Positions 1 to 9,070 of a DNA stretch of 64,000 nucleotides are shown in pieces. How positions within the stretch are numbered: the first letter of the stretch is position 1; every line of letters begins with the position of its first letter. The DNA lies in the NCBI GenBank assembly GCA_963806225.1, contig CAWDXG010000001.1:1664001-1728000 (forward strand). Direction: 5' to 3'. A program made the position numbers and the translations under genes. The notes under the pieces were generated by a model that saw nothing but the letters and a program-made list of their open reading frames with translations, made no database searches and had not been told where the DNA came from. Source of the DNA: an uncultured delta proteobacterium. Its GTDB lineage: Bacteria; Myxococcota_A; Polyangia; Polyangiales; Polyangiaceae.

Positions 1-476
1 AGCGGGACACAGAGGAATCGATTTCGCGTGCCATGGTGCTTCTTACCTTACGTAACGAGAGATTGGTGTCGCTGCTTTGTTTCGCTGGGGCCGGATTACG
101 TTTCCGCCATCGCCCTGAGTAGCATGCGTTCAACATGTGTCCTAGACACTAGCTCGTCAAGGCCTGCGGTCGTGCGTGAATTCCTTGGTTTGCCCTATGC
201 TTGGGGTTCACTCGAATTTTAGTACGCAGCAGGGCCCTGATCGGTTCCACCTACGGGCAACCGTCATGTCGATTTGTCCGCTCGACCCCATCGCGCGCGA
301 CAAACGGCCTGGCCGCCTGGCGCAGACGAACGGCGTCAGACAAGCCGGAAGCTCGCCAAGCCCGGCGTGAGGATGAAAAAGTGCGCCCGGACGCGCGGAG
401 ATGCGGCCAGCTGGCGACGCAGGCGTCGGGGCCCGGTTCCGCAGTCCACCGCTGCGGCCCCCAGCCCCGAGCGGGC

Positions 477-800
477 TCACACCTGGAAGGACGAACCGCA
501 GCCGCAGGTGCCGGTCACGTTCGGGTTCCCGAACTTGAAGCCGGAGCCATGCACACCGTCGACGTAGTCGATCTCGGTCCCGTCGAGGTACTGGAAGCTC
601 AGCGGATCGACGTACAGCTGGACGCCATTCGACTCGAACGTCTCGTCCATATCTGTCGGCTTGTCCTCGAAATAGAGGTCGTACTGGAAGCCGGCGCAGC
701 CACCTCCGATGACGCGCAGCCTCAGGCCTTGACCATCGAGGCCCTCGGCCTGGGCAATGTCCTTGACCTTGTCTGCTGCGAGCGTGGTTATCGAGATCAT
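477..800 (-). CDS. HesB/IscA/ErpA-family A-type Fe-S cluster carrier protein (107 aa)
   Basis: C-terminal end of ORF 477..3176; starts MISITTLAADKVK; GGGCAGFQY and terminal CGCGSSF motifs. Confidence 0.93.
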   Translation of the reverse strand: MISITTLAADKVKDIAQAEGLDGQGLRLRVIGGGCAGFQYDLYFEDKPTDMDETFESNGVQLYVDPLSFQYLDGTEIDYVDGVHGSGFKFGNPNVTGTCGCGSSFQV

Positions 801-1033
801 CGGGAGCTGGCCCTCCTGGCGAGCGTTACATAGTTCTGCGCCAGCTGATCGGCGCCTGATCACTGACAAGTATACGCATCGCGCTCCGGACTCGCCAGGG
901 GGCACCTGATCCAGCAGAGTCAGCAATTTCCGGCACCGGCGCTTGAGCGTTTCCAGGGACTTTCCAGGCCTTCCGCGCGTCTGGTCGGGCTCCGGCGAGC
1001 GTGGTACGAGGGCTTTCGCTTCGAAGCTTCTCA

Positions 1034-3146
1034 ATGTTGTCCCGCCCCCATCTCCGTGCCGTGGGCGCGCTCGTCTCGCTGGCGGCGCTCTCCGGGGCGA
1101 CGGCCGCGACGGCCGCCAGCTTCGATGCCACCGGTATGCTCGTGCTGGACGCGCATGCGGCGTGGACGCTGGGCTTCGAGCCCGGCGATCCGCACCTGCC
1201 GCCGGCCGCTCCCGCTGACGCCGGCGCGCCGGATGGTGGCGACGCGGGCACCGAAGCGGGCGCGGAAGCGGGGGCTCCGGACGCTGCTCCGCCGCTCGAC
1301 ATCGGCAAGGACTCGCACGCGATAGAAGGCAGCCACTGTGCTCCACGTCGCGCAGTTCCAGGGCGTCAACATCCCCGTCACGCTGCCCTCCGACTCTCAC
1401 AGCTACCGCGTGAGCCTGTGGGCGAGGGGCGAGGTGATAGCCACCGTGGAGGCGGGCTACGACACGGGCCGCATCGACGAATATGGCCAGCTGTTCCCCA
1501 CGGGGCGCATGACCAGCGACGGCTGGTACGAGCTGTCGACCGACGCCTTCTCCTTCGACGCCTCCAGCGCGAAGGTCGTCCAGGTCGGCCTCTTTTCGCC
1601 GGTGGGCGCCGATGTGGACGCCATCGAGATTTCCGTGGCCGGACCGGCTGCCGCGGAAAACGCCTGTGGGGGCGTGTCGGATCCACTCGCGTGCGCCCCC
1701 GACCAGGAGTGCCAGTGGGGACACTGTCGCAACATGACCGCCCAGGTGCCTGCGCTGCCGCCGGTCGACTATCGGGATCAGCTCGTCAGCTACCTCGACG
1801 CGCGCTTCCACTATCTGTTCGGTCCGTTCGAGAACCGCCGGCGCGATCTGCCGAACGCTCGCGCCGAGATAGACGCCATGCGCTCGGCGACGGACGCCTG
1901 GAGCTTCTGGAAGCACTTCAAGGTGGCGGTGCACCGGCTGCACGACTGGCACACCCAGGAAAGCGATCTCGCCGGCTACGTGATCGACAGTCCGAAGCCC
2001 ATCGCCGTGTGCTTCATCGAGGGCAACGCCGACGCTTCGCAGGCCGCGGCGCCGTCCACTCCCGGCTACATGGATGTGCTGGTTTCGCACGTTGGCGACG
2101 TGAATACCTTCGGGCTGCACACGGGAGACCGGCTGGTGAGCGTCGACGGCCGGCATCCGATCGAGTGGGCGCGTTCGCTGATCGGCGTCGACGACGGCTT
2201 CTGGACCGCGTCCAACCACAAGACGCACGCCGAGGATGCGTCGCGGCTGGGCTCGCTCATCGCGCGCTACGCCGATCACATCCAGGTTCTGCGCTGCGAC
2301 TCGAAAAGCGGCACCTGCGCGTCGAAGCCCGAGACGATCTCGATCAGCGCCCTCGCGCCGTCCCCTCCGGGCACGCGCACCGGGATCGCCTGCGACAACA
2401 GGCCATTTTCCCACGTCCCGGGCGCGCCGGCGAGCCACTCCACGCGCGGCACATACTCGGGGCTCGTCGTGGAGAGCAACCCGACCGAGGCCATCTACGG
2501 TCTGCAGTGGAGCTCGCTGTACGTCACCGGGACCGGACAGCAGGGCGACGTGGGGCCTGATCTCGACGCAGCGGTCTCGTTGTGGCGGCAGAAGGCCCGC
2601 GGCGTGATCCTCGACCACCGCACCGGTTTCGGCGGCACGTCGGCGGGCCCGCAGAAGATCTGGAGCTTCGTGCGCAAGCCGACGCCCCTCGACATCTTCG
2701 TGTTCCGCGATACCTCGGACGATCAGGGGCCCAAGGACACCAGCGAGGGGCTCGCGCTGTTCAACCAGCTCGCCGCGCTCGGCGAGACCGAATACGCCGG
2801 CGGGGGGAATCCCGCACTCGACATTCCGGTGGCATTGCTCACCACACTCGACGGTTCGGCGAGCGATTGGCTGCCGCTCGGCGTCAAGGGTGCGCCCAAG
2901 GCGCGCATCTTCGCGCCCTACGAAACGGCGGGCGGCTTCTCGACGCGCTTCCAGTTCGCCTACTGGCTTGGGCTCGGCTACTCGATCGCGGTCGGTGACA
3001 CGGTGAGTGCGGGGGGCCAGATGTTGAACGGTCACGGTGTCGAGCCGGACGTCCAGGTCGCTCCGCTGCAGTCGGATCTGCTCGCGGGTCGCGATACCGT
3101 CTACGATGCCGCGCTCACCTGGGTTCGCTCGGAGCTCAAGCCATGA
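1034..3146 (+). CDS. Secreted S41-family (tricorn/C-terminal processing-like) peptidase with PDZ-like domain, copy 1; frame break near 1337
   Basis: Signal peptide MLSRPHLRAVGALVSLAAL in frame 1001, continuing in frame 1338; motifs LHDWHT, GLHTGDRLVSVDG, ILDHRTGFGG, DGSASDW, ETAGG, GHGVEPDV; colinear with intact paralog at 3991. Confidence 0.8.
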
Positions 3147-3994
3147 GAGCGTCGATTCCGGCTTCGCTCCGGGCACTTGGTCTGTCCCTGCTGGTCGGCG
3201 GGGTCGCTGTGGCCTGCGGCAGCAACAGCGCCGTCAATCCGCTCCCGCAGCAGGACGCGGGGCCCGAGGCCAGCATCTCGTCGAAGCCACCCGACACGCC
3301 CGGCACGCCGCCCAAGCCCGCGGCGGTCAAGCGCACCGTCATCCAGCGCAATCCCTACGGTGACGTCGCGGCGAGCGACAATCTGCTCTGGGACGGCGAT
3401 TTCGAGTGGCAGACGGCGTTTGGTGACGAGTACGGCTGGGTGGATTCCTTGCTCTTCGCAGGCGTCGGCACGTTCCCCGAGATCCGGATCGGCGCCGAGT
3501 GCCACAGCGGCATGAAGTGCGGCTACATCGAAGCGGGTGGCAAGGCGTCTGCCATCGGCGTTTCGCCCTCCGGTGCGACGGTGAGCGCCAGCGCGTGGGT
3601 CAAGCCGCCGAGCGACAGCTGCTCCGACGTGAGTGTACAGCTCTTCAGCTGCAGCGGTGCGGGTGAGCCCGACGTGCCGCTGACCGACGCCGATGGGAAG
3701 ACCGACGCGGACGGCTGGTGCCATTTCCGCGCCGTGGCCCCGGAGCGCAAGAGCGCGACCTGTATAGTTTTCGACGCGAAGTTCGGCGGCGGGAAGGAAG
3801 CGCTCATCGACGATGCGGTGATCCAGGCTGCGCCCGTGGGCGCGCAGGCCCTCATCGCGTTTGGTCCCCCCGCGCCAGGCGATGTGGCTGCCGTCCGGCA
3901 GATGCAGAAGATCCTGCGGCAATACCTGAAGCCGACGACGCGCCCGCCCAGCGCCGCGCTCCAGGCCTACCGCGCGTGGAGGGCCGGGCGATGA
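3143..3994 (+). CDS. Lipoprotein with carbohydrate-binding-module-like (CBM4/9-type) domain, copy 1
   Basis: Lipobox AVAC; NLLWDGDFE and LIDDAVI motifs; ATGA overlaps on both sides. Confidence 0.7.
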   Translation: MRASIPASLRALGLSLLVGGVAVACGSNSAVNPLPQQDAGPEASISSKPPDTPGTPPKPAAVKRTVIQRNPYGDVAASDNLLWDGDFEWQTAFGDEYGWVDSLLFAGVGTFPEIRIGAECHSGMKCGYIEAGGKASAIGVSPSGATVSASAWVKPPSDSCSDVSVQLFSCSGAGEPDVPLTDADGKTDADGWCHFRAVAPERKSATCIVFDAKFGGGKEALIDDAVIQAAPVGAQALIAFGPPAPGDVAAVRQMQKILRQYLKPTTRPPSAALQAYRAWRAGR

Positions 3995-6030
3995 GGATGC
4001 GGATGTTGGCGCTGGTTCCGGCCGGCGTAATGCTATTTTCGCACGGCGTCGCGCGGGCGGCGGACTTCGACCCGGCGGGGCATCTGGTGTTCGATCCGGA
4101 TGCCGTCGTGGTGCAGTCCTTCGAGGATTCCGGGAGTACGGCTGAAGGCGGCACGTTCCAGGTCAGCTGCAGCAAGACCTGCCAGTGGGAGAGCCGCGGC
4201 GGGAACCCCGGCGACGAGCTCGCTCTCGAGGGCAAGCGTTACGTCCACATCACCGCCCTGCGCGATCCGTTCGACGTCGAGCTGCCGCTGCCCGGGCTCG
4301 ACGGCTCGTACCGTTTCCGCGTGTGGGTGCGCCATGGGCGTGCCTCGGCTCGCGCGGTGTTCGAGTACACCTCGCAGGATCGCGACTCCGAGGTCGGCTA
4401 CATGTTTCCTACCGGCCGCGTCACCAGCGACGGCTGGGTGGAGCTCGAGTCCAATCCCGTCAGCGTGACCGGCAGCGAGCTGAGCCGCGCCTACCTCCGG
4501 CTCGACGGCACCGACGCGGACGTGGACGCGATCGAAGTCGTGCCCGGCGGAGACTACGACCCGGGCAGCGCGTGCCTGGGCGCGTCCGATCCGGTGTGCG
4601 GTGCGGGCAGCGTGTGCATCTCGGAGCGCTGCCGTCAGGGTGCCCGCTATGTGCCGCCGCTCCCGCCCGTCGCGTACCGCAGCAGCGTGACCGACTACCT
4701 GATCGGCCGCGTTCAGCACTTCTTCGGCGGGCACTACTCGCGCACGCACTACCTGCCGGTGGCGCTTGCCGAGATGGACAAGATGCGCACCGCGACCATG
4801 CCGTGGAGCTTCTGGAACGACTACTTCCAGGGTATGCGCATGCTGCACGACTGGCACACAAACACGAGCTCGGCGATCGGCATCCACGGAAGCCCGCGGC
4901 GCCTCGGGGCCTGTTTCGTCGAGGGGCAGGGGGATCTCACGCAGTCGACCTGGCCGACGGCGCCGGGCCACGAGGACGTGCTGGTCGCGTACACGGGGCC
5001 CGACAACACGATGGGCCTGCATCCGGGCGATCGTCTCGTCGCCGTCGACGGGCAGAACCCGATCGAGTGGGCGCGCTCGCTCACCAAGGCCAACTGGGGC
5101 TATCACGCCGCCGACGATCCGCACGTCGACGCGGACTTCGTCGAGGCGATGCGCGATCTCATCACGAGCTACGCCAGGAACTTCAGCGTGATCCGCTGCG
5201 ATTCGTCGTCGATGAGCTGTTCGGATACGATCGAGACGATTCCAGTGACCGATGTCCCGGTCGGCGGCAGCGTGGCCTACTGCGACAACCGCCCCGCCTA
5301 TCACCTGGAGAACCCGCCGTCGCAGCAGACGATCGCGCTGCACTACGCCGGGTTCTCGGACTGGCGCGACAAGGTCGTCGACTCGCAGCCGGGCGAGGAT
5401 ATCTACGGCATCACCTGGGATTCGCTCTACGGTCCGCAGGTGGATTCCTTCCTGCAGGACTCCATCGACTTCTTCAGGAAGAACGCGCGCGGCGTCATCC
5501 TGGACCACCGCGCGGGCAACGGCGGCACGATCGACGCGCCCGAGAAGCTCACCGAGCTCGTCCGCACGCCCTTCGACCTCTCGGTCGGTCCGACTTTCAT
5601 GTCGGTCGCCGACTACGACGGCCCCGATTCCAAGGCCGAGGGCCTCCAGCTGTTCAACGCCGGCAACGGCACGCTCTACCACGTCGGCAGCAACAATCCC
5701 GACCTGAAGCTGCCCGTCGCGCTGATCATCGATCGCGACGGATCGGCCAGCGACTGGCTACCACACGGGATGAAGGGTGCCCCGGACGTGCGCATCTTCG
5801 GGCCGCACCAGACGGCCGGCGCGTTCTCGTCGTTCTACCAGTTCCAGTACTGGTCGCGGCTGTCGTTCCAGCTGGCCAGCGGAGACACCATCGACTACCA
5901 GGGCAACGCGCTTCTCGGTCACGGCATCCAGCCCGATGTGATTGTCGACCACACGCAAACGGCGCTGATGCAGGGCAAGGACCTGCCGTACGAAGCCGCG
6001 CTGGCGTGGGTGAGGGGGCACCTGAAATGA
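3991..6030 (+). CDS. Secreted S41-family peptidase with PDZ-like domain, copy 2
   Basis: Starts MRMRMLALVP with ARA signal cleavage; LHDWHT, GLHPGDRLVAVDG, ILDHRAGNGG, DGSASDW, QTAGA, GHGIQPDV. Confidence 0.85.
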   Translation: MRMRMLALVPAGVMLFSHGVARAADFDPAGHLVFDPDAVVVQSFEDSGSTAEGGTFQVSCSKTCQWESRGGNPGDELALEGKRYVHITALRDPFDVELPLPGLDGSYRFRVWVRHGRASARAVFEYTSQDRDSEVGYMFPTGRVTSDGWVELESNPVSVTGSELSRAYLRLDGTDADVDAIEVVPGGDYDPGSACLGASDPVCGAGSVCISERCRQGARYVPPLPPVAYRSSVTDYLIGRVQHFFGGHYSRTHYLPVALAEMDKMRTATMPWSFWNDYFQGMRMLHDWHTNTSSAIGIHGSPRRLGACFVEGQGDLTQSTWPTAPGHEDVLVAYTGPDNTMGLHPGDRLVAVDGQNPIEWARSLTKANWGYHAADDPHVDADFVEAMRDLITSYARNFSVIRCDSSSMSCSDTIETIPVTDVPVGGSVAYCDNRPAYHLENPPSQQTIALHYAGFSDWRDKVVDSQPGEDIYGITWDSLYGPQVDSFLQDSIDFFRKNARGVILDHRAGNGGTIDAPEKLTELVRTPFDLSVGPTFMSVADYDGPDSKAEGLQLFNAGNGTLYHVGSNNPDLKLPVALIIDRDGSASDWLPHGMKGAPDVRIFGPHQTAGAFSSFYQFQYWSRLSFQLASGDTIDYQGNALLGHGIQPDVIVDHTQTALMQGKDLPYEAALAWVRGHLK

Positions 6031-6839
6031 GCGTCCAGCGTGTCTTGTCGCTTGTCGTGCTCGCGCCGCTTCTGGTCGTGGCCTGCGCCGGGACTTCGAG
6101 TGTGAATCCGCTCGGTGCTGGGGGGCAGGCGGGTGCGGACAGCGGCGTGGATGCTGCGGGGGCGGCGGGCAGCGCGGGAGAGGCGTCGGTGCCTCCGGCG
6201 CAGACGGCCCAGCGTGTCCGCACCGTGGAACAGCGCAATCCCTACGGTCACACCGACATCAAGAACAACCTGATGGTCGACGGTGACTTTGAATTCACCG
6301 GCGCGTCGGGACAGTACGGCTGGTATGCGATCGCGAATGGCCAGCAGGCCGAGCTGCAGCGCGAGACAGGCGGGCTCTGCCACTCGGGTGTTGCGTGCGG
6401 AGTGATGACGCTCGGCACCGATTTCCTCGGGCAGGCGGCGGCACCCCCGAACCAGTCGATCAAGGTCAGTCTGTGGATCAAGCCGCCGAACGGTGACTGC
6501 AACGCAGTCAATGCGTCCCTCATCGAATGCTCGGTAGCGCTGCCGATCGTGCTGTCCAGCCTCAAGCCGGTGGCGAGCACGCCGGACGCGACGGGCTGGT
6601 GCCACCTGGAGGGGACCCAGTCGCCGATGCAGGTCCAGCCGTGCCTGTACCTGAAGACTTCCGTGGATCACGTACTGGTCGACGATGCGTCCCTCGTCGG
6701 AGTGCAGAGCCCCGGCACGGGCGCGACAGCGCTCGCGGCCACCGTGCCCAGCCCCGAGCTGTATGCACGCGTCAAGCGCGCGCTTGACTGGGTGCACCGC
6801 CACATGGTGATCGGGCGGGCAGCGCCGGGACGCCCCTGA
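6027..6839 (+). CDS. Lipoprotein with CBM-like domain, copy 2
   Basis: C-terminal part of ORF 4185..6839 from MSVQRVLSL; lipobox VVAC; QRNPYG..NLMVDGDFE, CHSG, GWCH shared with 3143..3994. Confidence 0.72.
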   Translation: MSVQRVLSLVVLAPLLVVACAGTSSVNPLGAGGQAGADSGVDAAGAAGSAGEASVPPAQTAQRVRTVEQRNPYGHTDIKNNLMVDGDFEFTGASGQYGWYAIANGQQAELQRETGGLCHSGVACGVMTLGTDFLGQAAAPPNQSIKVSLWIKPPNGDCNAVNASLIECSVALPIVLSSLKPVASTPDATGWCHLEGTQSPMQVQPCLYLKTSVDHVLVDDASLVGVQSPGTGATALAATVPSPELYARVKRALDWVHRHMVIGRAAPGRP

Positions 6840-6908
6840 GCGTTTCGCCGTTGGGGCCCGCCGGAATGCCTCAGGCGGCATCGCATCGCGCAACCCCTGC
6901 GCGTCCCT

Positions 6909-7811
6909 GTGCCGGCCGTTGCCCGGGCGTCCAGGCGCTTCGCTTCCAGCCTTGACGCGGGCGCGTCGCGGACCCTTGCTCTAGGCGTGATGATCATCGG
7001 GGATCGGTGCGAGGCGAGTCAGGTGGTGGGGCTGTCGTCCGTTGCTCTGGCGCTCGGCTTGCTGTTCGCCGCCTTTCCGGCGCGCGCGCAGGATGCGGCG
7101 CCGGTCGCGGGAGCCCATGACTCGTCGGCCGCGTCGCAAGGGGGCAGCCCCTCGCGCGAGCTACCGCCACCGCCGCCTCGGTCGGCGGAGCCACCGTCGA
7201 CCGGTGGGGCCATGTCGGTGGAGACGCCACCGCCGCCCCCGCTCCGGGGGCGGACCTACCACATGCACGACGGCTTCTATCTGCGCATGAACCTGGGCGG
7301 CGGATACATAGGCAGCACCATTGGCCAGAGTGGTGCGCCGGACACCACGCTGTCCGGTGGCGGCGGCGCCTTCGATCTGATGATCGGTGGCACGCCGGGG
7401 CGGGGAGTGGTGATCGGCGGTGCGCTGCTCGGCAACACCGCACCCAACCCCAGCTATGAGGTCGACGGCAAGCAGCAGGACGTGGGCGCGCAGGTCAGTT
7501 TCCTGACGCTCGGTCCGTTCATCGACGGCTTTCCCGATCCGAAAGGCGGGTTCCACGTCGGCGGGATGCTCGGCGCTGCGGGGTTGTCCCTCGAAGACAA
7601 CGCGGGCGGTGGCAGCTCGACCACCACCTTCAGCGGCTACGGTGCGGGAGTTTGGGTCGGGTATGCGGCGTGGATCGCGCCGGAGTGGTCGATGGGCGGG
7701 ATGCTGCGTCTGACGGGTGCGCGGACGGTGCACGCGGCGACGGACACGACGCCCAGGCGGACGGCGAGCGCGCAGGCGATCACGATCCTGTTCACGGCGC
7801 TCTATCACTGA
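6909..7811 (+). CDS. Outer-membrane beta-barrel protein (start uncertain)
   Basis: Signal peptide ending ARAQD, Pro-rich linker, HDGFYLRMNLGGGY, Gly/aromatic alternating strands, C-terminal FTALYH. Confidence 0.6.
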   Translation: MPAVARASRRFASSLDAGASRTLALGVMIIGDRCEASQVVGLSSVALALGLLFAAFPARAQDAAPVAGAHDSSAASQGGSPSRELPPPPPRSAEPPSTGGAMSVETPPPPPLRGRTYHMHDGFYLRMNLGGGYIGSTIGQSGAPDTTLSGGGGAFDLMIGGTPGRGVVIGGALLGNTAPNPSYEVDGKQQDVGAQVSFLTLGPFIDGFPDPKGGFHVGGMLGAAGLSLEDNAGGGSSTTTFSGYGAGVWVGYAAWIAPEWSMGGMLRLTGARTVHAATDTTPRRTASAQAITILFTALYH

Positions 7812-7834
7812 CGCCGCTCCCCGTTGCAGGCGGC

Positions 7835-9070
7835 CTAGCGCTTGGCCTTGTCGCCCAGGAGCCACAAGAGGCCGGAGCGGCAGGCGACGACCATCCGGTG
7901 GGACCCGGCCGGGGCAACACCGACCGGGTCGGCGCAGGCCGTGCCCGGTGCGGTGTGAAGATCGCCGGCAGGCGTGACAATGCCGGCGTCGAGGCCGGGA
8001 CGCGCGAACGCCAGCGTGCCGGCGCTGTCCACGATCACGGGCGGCAGTGTCGTGCGCCGCACCAACGAAGGCACTGCGCCGCCGTCCGGCGAAAGGCTGC
8101 CGGGGATCAATGCCACTCGCAGCGTTTCCTTGCCTCGAGCGTCGTGTCCCAGCACGAGGCCGTCCTCCGTCGGCGTCAGCGTTTCGCGCGTGCGGGAGAT
8201 GGCCGGCGAGCCCAGCAGCAGGATCGAGGGGTCGTCCAGACGCACGTGCCGGATGCCGTTGTCCAGATCGAGCTCCACGAGCCGGTGATGGCCCACCGAC
8301 GCGCAGATGCTGTGCGAAGAGCACAGCGCTGGCCAACCGTCGACCTGTTCGCCGAAGCTGCCGACGCGCGAGGGAGCGTCGGGCGAGCGCCATGACAGCA
8401 CGTTGCCGCGGCGCGTGACGGCAAGCAGTGAACCCGAACGGCCGAGGAGTGCTTGCACCGTCTCCGGTGCGTCCGCCATCGACACGACGTGCCCAGCCGG
8501 ATCGACGCGGATCATCGTGCTGCCCAGCGACAGAGCTACTCCGCCACTGTCCAGTGGCAGGGGCGCAGCGACGAACGACGCACTCGACCCGGACGCCGGC
8601 AAGGCGCGCTTGAAGCGCACGTGTCCCGTCGCGTCCACGCCGACCAGCTGCGGCCCCGGGACGACCACGACGCGCGTCCCGTCGCTGGTGATGACAGGCG
8701 TGGTCAGGGGCGCACCGCGCCCGGTGTGGACGGTCCACTCGGGCTTGCCGTGTGGATCGATCTGCACGATCTGCGCGATCGAGCTCGCGATCACGATCGC
8801 ACCGCGGGCGTCCACGCTCACCGAGTGCGCGATCCCGCCCTGTGCGCGGGTACGCCACAGCACGCGGGGAGCCAGCGGCAAAGGGCTTCTGCTCCGCCCC
8901 GTCCGGCCGGGAGTGAGGCGCATCATCGAGGCTGGCGCGCTGGGACGGCCGACAATCCGCTGCTGCGGCAGCGTCGGGTCGATCGGCTGGGCGCGCGACC
9001 AGGCGGCGGCGGCGACGACGCTCCCGGCGAGCAGCGCGCCGAGCGCGCGTCGCGTCGCGCTACTCTGCAC
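7835..9070 (-). CDS. Exported PQQ-like beta-propeller repeat protein
   Basis: GTG start VQSSATRRALGALLAG; repeated blades (VLWRTR, GKPEWTV, GHVRFKR); 11-nt overlap with kinase stop. Confidence 0.6.
   Translation of the reverse strand: MQSSATRRALGALLAGSVVAAAAWSRAQPIDPTLPQQRIVGRPSAPASMMRLTPGRTGRSRSPLPLAPRVLWRTRAQGGIAHSVSVDARGAIVIASSIAQIVQIDPHGKPEWTVHTGRGAPLTTPVITSDGTRVVVVPGPQLVGVDATGHVRFKRALPASGSSASFVAAPLPLDSGGVALSLGSTMIRVDPAGHVVSMADAPETVQALLGRSGSLLAVTRRGNVLSWRSPDAPSRVGSFGEQVDGWPALCSSHSICASVGHHRLVELDLDNGIRHVRLDDPSILLLGSPAISRTRETLTPTEDGLVLGHDARGKETLRVALIPGSLSPDGGAVPSLVRRTTLPPVIVDSAGTLAFARPGLDAGIVTPAGDLHTAPGTACADPVGVAPAGSHRMVVACRSGLLWLLGDKAKR

Noticed and set aside
1..34. Possible minus-strand gene start (MAREIDSSVSR) running off the left edge
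   Set aside because: Only 11 codons visible; cannot be assigned
801..3176. 899-aa minus-strand ORF and many other long overlapping Arg/Ala/Gly-rich ORFs
   Set aside because: Shadow frames of real genes in high-GC DNA; only the last 107 aa (HesB/IscA family) are credible
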